Positions 20,069 to 29,548 of a DNA stretch of 64,000 nt are shown in pieces. The first letter of the stretch is position 1; each line of letters opens with the position of its first letter. This DNA is from a virus (lineage: Duplodnaviria > Caudoviricetes): IMG/VR virus record IMGVR_UViG_3300022602_000026; one strand, 5' to 3'. A program made the translations under genes and the position numbers. The notes beneath the pieces are model-generated. The model worked only from the letters and a program-made list of their open reading frames with translations. It was not told the origin of the DNA and ran no database searches.

Positions 20069-20763
20069 TGGTTGCTAGTGTATCACGTCCTACTGGCATT
20101 GTAAAGAACGGATTGATATTGAATTTAGATGCCAGCAATACCGCAAGTTATCCCGGAACCGGCACAACCTGGACTGATTTAACCGGCCGTGCAAATGGCA
20201 CAGTTGCTGGTGCAGTGACATGGGTTAATAACGGAAATCAAAGTTATTTTAACTGGGCCACTAAGGGATCGGGCAATTACATCAGCAGTTCAGTAACACA
20301 AAAGTATCTGCATTTTACTATAGTATTTTATCCAGACTTTACATTAAGCAACGATGCTAGTTTAGTTGGTATATTGGGTACCAGTTCAGATTCAACAAAT
20401 TTAGATACCAGTCTAAGATTTGGTGGTGCAAATGGTACAGGGCCGTGGACCATAAATAATCCAGACAATAATGATGGGTACGCAAGTACTGCAATCTCAT
20501 ATTATGTAAACAATCAAGTTTATACCGGATCAGGTAATGTATCGTCAGGATGGAACATACTGTCGGCATATCGAAGCAACCAAACCAAAGCTGCTTGGGG
20601 CGACTCAGGGTCGGGATTTGCCTACTACCTAGGCACAGAAGGATACAGTACAGTCAGAGATTTTCAAGGAAGAATTGCTCTAGTATTGGGATACAATAGA
20701 CAACTTACCGCCGCAGAAAATTTACAAAACTATACTGCGCTTAGAAGTAGGTTTGGGGTATAA
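20068..20763 (+). CDS. LamG/ConA-like beta-sandwich protein (putative receptor-binding or virion appendage)
   Basis: GLILNLDASNTASYPGTGTTWTDL start and FQGRIA..YNRQLTAAE..QNY end; TAATG coupling. Confidence 0.75.
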   Translation: MVASVSRPTGIVKNGLILNLDASNTASYPGTGTTWTDLTGRANGTVAGAVTWVNNGNQSYFNWATKGSGNYISSSVTQKYLHFTIVFYPDFTLSNDASLVGILGTSSDSTNLDTSLRFGGANGTGPWTINNPDNNDGYASTAISYYVNNQVYTGSGNVSSGWNILSAYRSNQTKAAWGDSGSGFAYYLGTEGYSTVRDFQGRIALVLGYNRQLTAAENLQNYTALRSRFGV

Positions 20764-20783
20764 ATACATTAACAGGATAACCC

Positions 20784-21536
20784 ATGCAACAAATTAAACG
20801 ACTTTATAGATCAAACTACGCAGGCGAAAATTTTGTCAAATCATTGACTTACGAAAATGCCACTTGGATTCAAGAAAACGAGTACGCACCAAATGCAGTT
20901 ACTAACCTACAGATATCCAACAAGGCCGTGGTGTTGGGCAATGGTATTAGCAGAACCGAACTGTATCCTCAAGGAGACTTGTTTGGTTTATTAAAAAATC
21001 ACAAGGGCGGACTGTTGGCAGCAGGTGCAGTACAAACTTATGGATGTAATGCGATTGTGCGTGATTTTATTCCTGACTTTGTTGTTTGTAATGATGTATT
21101 GGCACATGAAATGGTAAATGATGGTTACTGTGATAAAACCATTGTGTATGGTAATGCCAATATGATTCTAAGTTATCCCGGAAAGTTTTATCTAACCCCG
21201 CAAGATCCCAGCTGGGACATGGGCGCCATTGCAGCATACCTTGCTTGTTTTGACGGTCACACAACAGTTTATTTAATGGGATTTGATTGCCATACCGGGG
21301 AATCATATTACCACATGAATGTTTATTCTGGCACCGACGGGTATCCTGATGTAGCCGAGCCCACTACTGAAGAGTTCTTTAGTCAGACTCTGCAATTGGT
21401 AATGAAAACTTACCCCAATGTGGACTTTGTGCGAGTAACTCCTACGCCAAATTATTACATGCCCGAGCGTTGGAAATATCAACTAAATCTAAGACAAATT
21501 ACTTTTAACGAGTTTGTTAAAGAAGTTGATTTATAA
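20784..21536 (+). CDS. Nucleotide-sugar or glycosyltransferase-like hypothetical protein
   Basis: VVLGNGISR, YGCNA, VYLMGFD motifs resembling sialyltransferase/DUF115-type Rossmann folds; TAAATA 20761-20766. Confidence 0.5.
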   Translation: MQQIKRLYRSNYAGENFVKSLTYENATWIQENEYAPNAVTNLQISNKAVVLGNGISRTELYPQGDLFGLLKNHKGGLLAAGAVQTYGCNAIVRDFIPDFVVCNDVLAHEMVNDGYCDKTIVYGNANMILSYPGKFYLTPQDPSWDMGAIAAYLACFDGHTTVYLMGFDCHTGESYYHMNVYSGTDGYPDVAEPTTEEFFSQTLQLVMKTYPNVDFVRVTPTPNYYMPERWKYQLNLRQITFNEFVKEVDL

Positions 21537-21959
21537 AACTGTTTCTAGAGTTTTAATTTTATCAATAACACTATTGAACTTGAATGTTCGCCAAACACCG
21601 GGATGTAGGGGTTTGGGGTAATCATCTAAATGCACCCAACAATAACCTCGATGTTCGTTGTTTAAGATAGGCACAAATTCTTCGTCGACATTAATAACAT
21701 AAGTATGGTATTCAAATTTACTCGAGTCACTGGTAAACTTTTCAATTGGAATAAGTTTTGCATCTCGAATCACACCGCCTAACTCTTCAAGTATTTCTCG
21801 ATTCAATCCATCAATCACTGTTTCTCCGGATTCGATTTTACCACCAACCAATCCCCAAGTTCCAGCATAGCTACCGCCGTGGCGTAGTAAAAAAAGATAT
21901 CTGTGAGTTGTTCTACAATAAATTAATGCACCGGCGCTGATTAGATTGACAGATTCCAT
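21531..21959 (-). CDS. NUDIX hydrolase
   Basis: Nudix box GKIESGETVIDGLNREILEELG; start taken at MESVNL (21959), overlapping the upstream stop. Confidence 0.9.
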   Translation of the reverse strand: MESVNLISAGALIYCRTTHRYLFLLRHGGSYAGTWGLVGGKIESGETVIDGLNREILEELGGVIRDAKLIPIEKFTSDSSKFEYHTYVINVDEEFVPILNNEHRGYCWVHLDDYPKPLHPGVWRTFKFNSVIDKIKTLETVL

Positions 21960-23317
21960 GCTCCTTCGGGGTAGACCCCGTCGTAGCTCTTTGTCCATTG
22001 ATTGTTTTGCCATTTATATTGAATTCCGGTTGTTAGATTAGTTAAGTATTGTAACGTATTAGTGGTCTGGCTGTCAAATACCACACTCCAGTGTTGTCCG
22101 TTGTATTGTATTATGTCATTGGCATGTGCCACTAGATCTTGATTGTCACGACCGCGCCAGGCCAGCGCACCTTCTGGGTTATCAAAATCTCCAATGTCGT
22201 TGATAATTAAATATCTTGTACCAGTTGCCGGGCTAGTCAAGTAACTGCCCACGTTGACATTGCGCGGGTCAATGATGGCATTTATTGCATTTAATGTATT
22301 GGCCGGAGTTGTATTGGTAAACGGACTGTAGATCAACAAACTGGGATCTGTGGGATGATTTGCAACTGTACCAATTATTTCGCTGCCGTTGGATTGTGTT
22401 AGGCGTATTTGACTGCTTCCTGAAATAAATTTACCGTAACGATCCAACAACGGCGCCCAGGACTGTCTAGTGCCAGAAATTACAGTATCGTTGTTGAAGG
22501 CATCATTGGTGGTAACATCGGTACTGTTTAATAATTGTAACGTATTGCCGCTGTCGCTGGTGCTTAACAACACACTATATCCCAATATACTCACAATTGT
22601 TTGCCCTAGACTTTGTAAAGTATCCAAGTCTTGCATATTGGTAATAACCGTTTGAATAACACCCATCTTCTTGACCTTGATGCTGGTGCTTAACCAAATT
22701 GGTAAATCAAAAGTCATTGTGGCAACATCAATGGGTTCTTCACCACCAGTGGGCACAGTTCTACTGCTCCAAGTGATATCGGTTAGTAACACATAGCTCA
22801 GACTGGTCCAATCGATATAGTTGTCGGTGCTTTGCATCTCCATGGCAGGATTAAACAACACACTCAGCTGCTCGATCAATTGCAACTTTTGTTCGGTGTT
22901 ACTGGTCCAAATATCCATCTTGAGAGTCAACTTATAGGGACTGGGCATTAGACGTTCCACAGTGTATGCTTCGCCTTGATTGGCACTGTAAGTTCCAGTT
23001 ACTGGATCAAATTGTCGTTGACGTATCTGCATGGTCTGCACCAAGGTGGGATCTTGTAATCGAGTTTGGTCATAGGTCAATGCATTGATATAAACAGCCA
23101 TTGCCGGGACTGCATTAATTGTATTCTCGCTGTTATTGCGTATAATCTGCGCGACTTGTCTACTGGGATCACCGTACATCACAGGCACACGTTGTAGGCT
23201 AGTAACTCCGTTGCTGTCAGCGCCAAACTCTACATAAAAGTTTGATACCATGCGTATAAATTGACTTATAAAACGACGTATCTGTCCGTCATAAAAATAA
23301 TTGCTAGGATTGCTCAT
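21941..23317 (-). CDS. gp15: Tail completion / sheath stabiliser (T4 gp15-like)
   Basis: YFYDGQIRRFISQF..VPVMYG..P.PY.L..DIWT..QLIEQ..LFNP pattern; follows gp14-like gene. Confidence 0.75.
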   Translation of the reverse strand: MSNPSNYFYDGQIRRFISQFIRMVSNFYVEFGADSNGVTSLQRVPVMYGDPSRQVAQIIRNNSENTINAVPAMAVYINALTYDQTRLQDPTLVQTMQIRQRQFDPVTGTYSANQGEAYTVERLMPSPYKLTLKMDIWTSNTEQKLQLIEQLSVLFNPAMEMQSTDNYIDWTSLSYVLLTDITWSSRTVPTGGEEPIDVATMTFDLPIWLSTSIKVKKMGVIQTVITNMQDLDTLQSLGQTIVSILGYSVLLSTSDSGNTLQLLNSTDVTTNDAFNNDTVISGTRQSWAPLLDRYGKFISGSSQIRLTQSNGSEIIGTVANHPTDPSLLIYSPFTNTTPANTLNAINAIIDPRNVNVGSYLTSPATGTRYLIINDIGDFDNPEGALAWRGRDNQDLVAHANDIIQYNGQHWSVVFDSQTTNTLQYLTNLTTGIQYKWQNNQWTKSYDGVYPEGAWNLSI

Positions 23318-24672
23318 TAATTATCGGCCTTTGGTGTTAGGGCAGTACTTAAACTTTGTCGTTCATTTACAGTAGCACCATCATTGTTTACAAATGTATT
23401 TGTATCGTTTAAGAATGTTCCTACCAACGTTTGATTGCTGGCGCCCTGTGTTAGACTTGTGCGTTGTGCATCGTATATGGCCACCCACATTTTTCCATTA
23501 TATTGGAACAAACGATTTGGCAAATAGTCGGTGCGTAAAAAATAAGTATTGGTTCTTGGGCTAACCGGGAACATGATTCCCGACTGTACCGGAGCTCCAT
23601 TTGGAGGAAGTGCTGATCCGGTTAAATATCCAGTGACAGGAGTTCCCAATGTTGCAGGAGCTTCGTCGGCAGTATCAGCAACATCATCGGCAGTATCGCC
23701 AACATCATCAGCAGTTTTGTCGGCTTGAACTGCGATACCTTTGGGCAATGTATACAACGAACTGGTATCGTACCCGCTCAAGGGAACATTTGCAGTTCCC
23801 TCGGCAATGACCGAATCGTTGATCTTTAAATTGGTATCCAGTGTACTTAGAATCTTTCCAATCGGAGTATTGCTATTTCCGGCCATAACGTTGTTAAGAA
23901 TATCTTTGTATTCTTGTGCGTCTACTAGAGGATTTAATTTAACACGCCATAAATGTGGCCACCATGTGGGACTAAATCCCTCGGCAGGCCAACTGCCGTC
24001 ACTGACCACATAAAACCGTTTTAGAGCAGCCGGCACATCTTGATTCAGCGCATCATAATCGGTCAAATGTTGAAATTCTAAAACATCGCCACTCATTAAT
24101 TTGCGCCCGATCAGGTCCACCATATCGCGCAAATGAAACACCATGAACAATGTTCCAGTGGCCAAAAACAATCCAAATTGACTTAGGTCAAAGTCTTGAT
24201 CGGCACGTTGATAAATGCCGCGCATCTTGTAAACATTATTGTCGTATTTTCTATCTCGATTTTCTAACCATAACATATCCTGTATGTTTTGTTCGCTTTG
24301 ATTTGTGTAACTGGGAATACTGGGATTGCTACTGATACCAACCGCAACACCAATTCCCAGTGCCGAAGTTGTGTTTGCACTGATTGTAATAGTGCTGGCA
24401 TCTTTGGCAATTACTGTAGAATTTAAAGGTACTCCAACGGCAGTTACAGTATCGCCAATATTAATATTGGTAGTACTTGGCAAAGTGATAACAGGCCCTG
24501 CACTGCCTTGAGCAGCAGTCGTTGCAAGTTGCGTACCTTGAGTAGTTGGACCCAAGTATTTGTGTAATAGTATACCAGTTCCGCCGAGAGTGAACATTTC
24601 ACTGATACGTCTATCAAAAAATTTATAGTCGTTTGTGTGTCGGCCGTCTTGCCATAAACTTAATCTTGCCAC
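23317..24672 (-). CDS. gp14: Neck / head-closure protein (T4 gp14-like)
   Basis: DLSQFGLFL..LFMVFH..LIGRKLMSGDVLEF pattern; minus-strand TAAATA at 24694-24699. Confidence 0.7.
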   Translation of the reverse strand: MARLSLWQDGRHTNDYKFFDRRISEMFTLGGTGILLHKYLGPTTQGTQLATTAAQGSAGPVITLPSTTNINIGDTVTAVGVPLNSTVIAKDASTITISANTTSALGIGVAVGISSNPSIPSYTNQSEQNIQDMLWLENRDRKYDNNVYKMRGIYQRADQDFDLSQFGLFLATGTLFMVFHLRDMVDLIGRKLMSGDVLEFQHLTDYDALNQDVPAALKRFYVVSDGSWPAEGFSPTWWPHLWRVKLNPLVDAQEYKDILNNVMAGNSNTPIGKILSTLDTNLKINDSVIAEGTANVPLSGYDTSSLYTLPKGIAVQADKTADDVGDTADDVADTADEAPATLGTPVTGYLTGSALPPNGAPVQSGIMFPVSPRTNTYFLRTDYLPNRLFQYNGKMWVAIYDAQRTSLTQGASNQTLVGTFLNDTNTFVNNDGATVNERQSLSTALTPKADN

Positions 24673-24705
24673 TGTTTTCCCCAGATTATTGTATATTTAC
24701 CATAT

Positions 24706-24734
24706 TTGACTGGGAATGATTTATCTAGTATAAT
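24706..24734 (+). promoter_or_regulatory. Sigma70-type promoter
   Basis: TTGACT-17-TATAAT, back-to-back with the minus-strand late promoter at 24694-24699. Confidence 0.8.
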
Positions 24735-24741
24735 AGAGATT

Positions 24742-24996
24742 ATGCAGTCACATAGCCCCATGCTCTACAATAGAATCGCAGATGCTCGCCCCATAGTTAG
24801 AAATTTGGGCGATGCCAACCTCAATCTAATGTTTCAAAATTGTGTAGCACTTTGGGCAAAACTAGATGGCGAATTTGTAGAGTGTAGACGCCGAAACAGA
24901 TTAACACAAAAGTACACAGAAATAGCCCAAAATTTGGACGAGGCCCTTGTTGTCTTAGAACAACACTTGACATTTGGCACTTTGCTCAAGATGTAG
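24742..24996 (+). CDS. Hypothetical protein (probably leaderless)
   Basis: ATG 7 nt after the -10 box; the TTG start at 24706 lies in the -35 box and is rejected. Confidence 0.7.
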   Translation: MQSHSPMLYNRIADARPIVRNLGDANLNLMFQNCVALWAKLDGEFVECRRRNRLTQKYTEIAQNLDEALVVLEQHLTFGTLLKM

Positions 24997-25002
24997 TATA
25001 AT
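24974..25002 (+). promoter_or_regulatory. Sigma70-type promoter
   Basis: TTGGCA-17-TATAAT, followed by SD AGGAG. Confidence 0.7.
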
Positions 25003-25022
25003 ATAGTTTTACAGGAGATAAC

Positions 25023-25820
25023 ATGGCCCGAGGTCAAAAGATGCCAATGCCGTTCGCGGTGTTCAAACAACAATGTGCGGACCGCGGATACACGAATGCT
25101 ATAGATCAAACTCAGTATTCAGATCCGCAGTTTATCTACGCCATGCGTACCAACAACGGTATCAAGTGCGAGATCAAGCCCGACATGTATACTTTAGGGC
25201 TACAAAGCAAGTACCTAGAGGATATACGCATTGCCTGTGAAGCTGAAGGTTACGAATTTACTAAAAAGACCGGCAAGTATTATTGCATCAAACACGAAGA
25301 TGACGATGATTGGTTTGAAGTGTTTTTTGATATTGTGGACATAATTGAAAACATTGAAACAATACCACAAAATCGCAGAACCAGTGCAGTTAAGGTGTTC
25401 ACCAAGGAAGTTGCCGAGCGCAACATCTTTGAAAAGATTGCCAAGCGTTATCGTAACGCCTATGATAACAAAGATCAATATATGCTAGATGCCGCAAGAC
25501 AATTGCTCAGTGGCGATGACATTGATCATTTGCTCACTGTTGGCGAAAGTGTTGCTAGAACTGATACCAATACTTACAGAGAACACATTGTGCCCTGTAT
25601 CTTGATTCACAATCATGCAGTTGAAATGACAGTTAACGGGGCAACCATTGCGGCAGTGGCACAAATGATCAAAAGCAATTTGGCAATTGTGCTAATTACA
25701 ACTGAAGAAGCCGACAAGTTAGATACTGAATTGGGATTACAGACTGTAATGCCCGACGGATGGCAGTTCGGGCAAGACCCTTTTGCCAGGTTAGTGACCG
25801 CTAATATTGCGTTAAAATGA
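25023..25820 (+). CDS. Hypothetical protein, possible nuclease-like C-terminal domain
   Basis: SD AGGAG; YREHIVPC motif reminiscent of His-Me/HNH folds. Confidence 0.55.
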   Translation: MARGQKMPMPFAVFKQQCADRGYTNAIDQTQYSDPQFIYAMRTNNGIKCEIKPDMYTLGLQSKYLEDIRIACEAEGYEFTKKTGKYYCIKHEDDDDWFEVFFDIVDIIENIETIPQNRRTSAVKVFTKEVAERNIFEKIAKRYRNAYDNKDQYMLDAARQLLSGDDIDHLLTVGESVARTDTNTYREHIVPCILIHNHAVEMTVNGATIAAVAQMIKSNLAIVLITTEEADKLDTELGLQTVMPDGWQFGQDPFARLVTANIALK

Positions 25821-25835
25821 ACTAGATGTTATAAT
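25807..25835 (+). promoter_or_regulatory. Sigma70-type promoter with extended -10
   Basis: TTGCGT-17-TATAAT, with TG one base upstream of the -10. Confidence 0.7.
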
Positions 25836-25854
25836 ACTATTTTGGGAGTTAAAG

Positions 25855-27024
25855 ATGGCAACAGTCGCAGGCATTAAGATTAAAACAAAACAAACCAAAG
25901 TTCGTAATCCGGCTTTTCACGATGAAAAGTATACCGGAGGCGAACCTGATTGGGATGCTAGTGATATTGAACTAAGCGATGCCGACTTTGACCACAAACT
26001 TCGTAAAAGTTTTTACTACTACAATTATTACTACAGTCAAAAAGACGCACGTAAAAATGTGATAGAGTGGTTGCGATTACAAACCAAACGCTATACCAAA
26101 GAGCAAATTCGAGCCTTTGAACGCAGTGGCGATCGCAGTATCCCAATGACCGCTTGTTGTATTGTAATGGCGCATATTCGTGCCAACATGCCATTGAAAC
26201 CCAGACACATTGAGTTCTTGGACGAGTGCATTTTAAAAGCAATTGATGGCGCCGATCCCGAAGTTGTTGAAGTTGTTGAAGAAAAAGTCGTAGTAAAAGC
26301 GCCTACAATTCAAGATCGTTTGAATGAGAAAACAAGCGAGATTATCGGCGAGCTAGAAGGGCATTACGATGAAGCAACTCTAAATGTCAAAAGCACATTC
26401 AAGCCGTATGATTATCTTGTCAGCAACAATGTGGTACAAAGCCAATTGGGCAAGTACGAAGCAGTTTACAATGCTCGCAAAGCCGAACTTGAAGCGGCAA
26501 TGGCCAAAAAAGATGCAGACTTAAAAGAGGGGTATTCACACTACAAGGCCGCAGACTTCAAGCGTATGATCAATTGGATTGATAATTTAATAGCTGCGAT
26601 TGAACAATATCGCGGGGTTAAAAAAGCCACAAAGAAAGCCAGAGTTAAAAAGGCTCCCAGCAAAGAAAAGGTAATTGCCAAACTCAAGTACGCTAAAACG
26701 CACGCCGAGCTAAAGATTGTGAGTATCAATCCTGCAGAAATTGTGGGCGCACAAGAACTTTGGATTTACAACACCAAGTATCGCAAGTTAGGCAAGTATG
26801 TTGCTGAAGCATACAAGACCTTGAGTGTGAAAGGTACAAGTATCATCAACTTTGATGAAAGCAAGAGCGTATGCAAGACTTTGCGTAAGCCCGAAGAACA
26901 ACTTAGAGAGTTTGCCAAAGCCGGTAAAGTGCAATTACGCAAGTTTTTGGACGATATCAAGGCCACAGAATCTAAGTTAAATGGGCGTATGAATGCCGAG
27001 ATTGTGTTACTCAAAGTAGTTTAA
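25855..27024 (+). CDS. Hypothetical basic protein
   Basis: 389 aa, K-rich, SD GGGAG; no function recognised. Confidence 0.7.
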   Translation: MATVAGIKIKTKQTKVRNPAFHDEKYTGGEPDWDASDIELSDADFDHKLRKSFYYYNYYYSQKDARKNVIEWLRLQTKRYTKEQIRAFERSGDRSIPMTACCIVMAHIRANMPLKPRHIEFLDECILKAIDGADPEVVEVVEEKVVVKAPTIQDRLNEKTSEIIGELEGHYDEATLNVKSTFKPYDYLVSNNVVQSQLGKYEAVYNARKAELEAAMAKKDADLKEGYSHYKAADFKRMINWIDNLIAAIEQYRGVKKATKKARVKKAPSKEKVIAKLKYAKTHAELKIVSINPAEIVGAQELWIYNTKYRKLGKYVAEAYKTLSVKGTSIINFDESKSVCKTLRKPEEQLREFAKAGKVQLRKFLDDIKATESKLNGRMNAEIVLLKVV

Positions 27025-27039
27025 TCTAGCTCAAACTTT

Positions 27040-27072
27040 AAATCCTGTTATAAATATACTATAACAGGATTT
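27040..27072 (+). promoter_or_regulatory. Late promoter TATAAATA inside a 13-bp hairpin that covers the gp13 SD
   Basis: AAATCCTGTTATA (27040-27052) / TATAACAGGATTT (27060-27072); TATAAATA 27049-27056. Confidence 0.8.
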
Positions 27073-27076
27073 TTTC

Positions 27077-28009
27077 ATGGCTGAATATAGCATACCCAAT
27101 ACAACCCCGCAGATTGATGGCAACTTAACTGTCTTTGGCAGCATGCCAACTGCCAGCCTGTATGATCCAAATACTGGAACTGGCCCGGGCCCAATTCAAT
27201 TTGATCCTACTACATTACCTACCCCGGATCTACAACGTGCGGCTATCACTGATTATATTCGTATGCGTTTGGGTGACGGTATCATTGATGTTGAACTAGA
27301 ACAACAACATTACGAAATGGCAATCAATCAAGCACTTGTCAAATATCGTCAACGTGCCGCCAACAGTGTAGAAGAAAGTTATGCGTTCTTAGACCTATTG
27401 CCTGAAACACAAGAATACATATTGCCCAAAGAAATTATGACAGTACGTGCGGCTTTTAGACGCGGTATTGGAAGTGTGACAGGAACAACAGCCAGTCAAT
27501 TTGAACCGTTTGCATCGGGATACTTGAACACATACATGTTGGTGGCAGGACGTGTTGGCGGACTTACCAACTACGAATTGTTTGTAGACTATCAAAAATT
27601 GGCCATGAAAATGTTTGGCGGACAACTTAATTTTACGTTTAACCCAACAACCAAACGTTTGACAATTGTTCGTAAAATGCCGTATGCTTATGGCGGATCC
27701 ACTGGCAACAGCACCGAACAAAATCCCTATGAATCAGTTTTGCTTTGGGTTTACAATCAAAAACCCGACCAAGTTATATTGAACGATACTTATGCTTTTC
27801 CCTGGGTACAAGAATATGCTTACAGCTTTGCCAAACGCATATTGGGACAAGCATACAGTAAGTTTAATACTATTGCAGGACCACAGGGCGGTACCAGTTT
27901 AAATGGTGCGGCCATGGTAGCAGAAGCACAAACCGAAATGGAAAGATTGGAATACGAGATTGTTAATTACGTTGACAATGGTATGCCGCTAACTTGGGTA
28001 ACAGGATAA
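27077..28009 (+). CDS. gp13: Neck protein (T4 gp13-like)
   Basis: DYIRMRLG..IDVELEQQHYE..WVQEYAY..K.ILGQAYSKF..GPQGG..LNG pattern. Confidence 0.85.
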   Translation: MAEYSIPNTTPQIDGNLTVFGSMPTASLYDPNTGTGPGPIQFDPTTLPTPDLQRAAITDYIRMRLGDGIIDVELEQQHYEMAINQALVKYRQRAANSVEESYAFLDLLPETQEYILPKEIMTVRAAFRRGIGSVTGTTASQFEPFASGYLNTYMLVAGRVGGLTNYELFVDYQKLAMKMFGGQLNFTFNPTTKRLTIVRKMPYAYGGSTGNSTEQNPYESVLLWVYNQKPDQVILNDTYAFPWVQEYAYSFAKRILGQAYSKFNTIAGPQGGTSLNGAAMVAEAQTEMERLEYEIVNYVDNGMPLTWVTG

Positions 28010-28012
28010 AAT

Positions 28013-28444
28013 ATGAAAATTAATGAAATTATCACAGAAGATTTGGAATTAAATCAACAGTTTGACCTCATTGAGGAAATGGTTGAAAGCTGGGCTGCAA
28101 CTCACGGAGTTGACAGTGATCTTATTTGGGAAGATATTGAGTCGGTTGATGACGCAGAATTACTTGCCGAAGCCGAAGCTTGGCAAACCAGCAAGGGCAA
28201 AAACAAAAACGGTGGCCTGAATAAAAAAGGTGTTGCCAGTTATCGTAGAAGCCATCCGGGTTCAAAACTACAAACTGCTGTAACTACCAAGCCCAGCAAG
28301 TTAAAGAAAGGCTCAAAAGCTTCAAAGCGTAGAAAGAGTTTTTGTGCTAGAATGAAGGGCATGAAGAAACATCGCGCCGGAGCCAAAACCAAACGAGATC
28401 CAAACAGCAGAATTAATAAAGCTCTAAGAAAGTGGCATTGCTGA
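28013..28444 (+). CDS. Basic protein (DUF6321-like) with acidic N-terminal propeptide
   Basis: GKNKNGGLNKKG..RRKSFCARMKG..SRINKALRKW; N-terminus MKINEIITE. Confidence 0.65.
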   Translation: MKINEIITEDLELNQQFDLIEEMVESWAATHGVDSDLIWEDIESVDDAELLAEAEAWQTSKGKNKNGGLNKKGVASYRRSHPGSKLQTAVTTKPSKLKKGSKASKRRKSFCARMKGMKKHRAGAKTKRDPNSRINKALRKWHC

Positions 28445-28447
28445 TCG

Positions 28448-28496
28448 TTGACACGGCTACATAAAAATGTAATAATGCTCTTACGGGAGCATTATT
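28448..28496 (+). promoter_or_regulatory. Sigma70-type promoter plus SD-sequestering hairpin
   Basis: TTGACA-17-AATAAT; ATAATGCTC/GAGCATTAT stem covers SD GGGAG (28485-28489). Confidence 0.65.
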
Positions 28497-28497
28497 C

Positions 28498-29175
28498 ATG
28501 ATTATAGGTATATGTGGTTTTATTGGTTCGGGCAAAGACACTGCCGCTGATTATTTGGTTAACTTTCACGGATATCGTAGAGAAAGTTTTGCAAGCAGTT
28601 TGAAAGATGCAGTTGCAAATGTATTTGGCTGGGATAGGATGTTGCTGGAAGGCAGAACTACTCAAAGTCGAGAATGGCGCGAGCAACCGGATGAATGGTG
28701 GAGCGCAAGATTGGGTCGAGATATTACGCCAAGATACATTCTCCAATACTGGGGCACAGAAGTTATTCGTGATGGCTTTCATGACGACATGTGGATAGCC
28801 AGTTTAGAAAATAAGATTCGAAATAGTCGAGACAATATCGTTATCACAGACTGCAGATTTCCCAACGAGATCAAGGCAATACGAGCACAGGGCGGCAGGA
28901 TAATTTGGGTTCAGCGTGGCCCGTTGCCCGATTGGTATCCAGTAGCAGTTAGAGCAAACGCCGGCGACGCAATGTTCATAGAAAACTTAAAAACTCTAGG
29001 AGTGCATCCCAGCGAAACTGCTTGGGCCGGAACCAAATTTGATGCCGAAATTGACAATAACGAGACCATTGACGACTTGTACACGCAACTTAAAAATCTG
29101 GTACAAGCGAAGCCGGCTTCCAAGGTAGCCGGGACTTATGTACCTCTTGGACGCAGTTTAAACACACAGTCTTGA
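28498..29175 (+). CDS. gp1: Deoxynucleoside monophosphate kinase (T4 gp1-like)
   Basis: IIGICGFIGSGKDT P-loop, FASSLKD, TPRYILQYWGTE, ITDCRFPNE. Confidence 0.92.
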   Translation: MIIGICGFIGSGKDTAADYLVNFHGYRRESFASSLKDAVANVFGWDRMLLEGRTTQSREWREQPDEWWSARLGRDITPRYILQYWGTEVIRDGFHDDMWIASLENKIRNSRDNIVITDCRFPNEIKAIRAQGGRIIWVQRGPLPDWYPVAVRANAGDAMFIENLKTLGVHPSETAWAGTKFDAEIDNNETIDDLYTQLKNLVQAKPASKVAGTYVPLGRSLNTQS

Positions 29176-29437
29176 GATTAAAGTGATTGTTATTTTTTAA
29201 GTTGCCATCTAAATAATAAACTGCACTCTGTTCCGTTGGGAACTTGAACTTGAAGCCGCATTTTTCACACTGCGGCTTTTTTCTATATCCACTTTTGTAC
29301 CAAGCAGGAACGGCCTTGTCTTTTCGGCCAGCCCGGGCGCAGACATCGCATTTGGATCGATAATGAGTTATATTGTTTTTGATATAATTTATCGCAACCA
29401 ATCGTTGATTACAGGTGGAACATATTTTGCGTGTCAT
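29090..29437 (-). CDS. Zn-finger protein with degenerate HNH motif
   Basis: Four CxxC pairs; YYLDGNLKNNNHFNLKTVCLNC; minus-strand TAAATA at 29442-29447. Confidence 0.65.
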   Translation of the reverse strand: MTRKICSTCNQRLVAINYIKNNITHYRSKCDVCARAGRKDKAVPAWYKSGYRKKPQCEKCGFKFKFPTEQSAVYYLDGNLKNNNHFNLKTVCLNCVQEVHKSRLPWKPASLVPDF

Positions 29438-29510
29438 AGAGTATTTATAGCAGACTCAGAATATAAACCTTTGCAAAGGGCACCCAAAACACCAGAAAAA
29501 TACTATTATA

Positions 29511-29518
29511 TATAAATA
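29511..29518 (+). promoter_or_regulatory. T4-type late promoter
   Basis: TATAAATA 30 nt upstream of the sheath start. Confidence 0.8.
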
Positions 29519-29548
29519 TCAATAACAGTATTTAAAAGGAAAGTTACT

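Noticed and set aside
200-20600. Many minus-strand and alternative-frame ORFs within head and fibre genes (e.g. 262-813, 9613-9996, 13837-14436, 15001-15423)
   Set aside because: Shadow ORFs expected from the codon periodicity of T/A/G/V-rich genes; no SD, promoter or recognisable motif
7138-20763. Diversity-generating retroelement or invertible fibre cassette
   Set aside because: No reverse transcriptase, no TR/VR pair with adenine-specific differences, and no recombinase or flanking inverted sites seen
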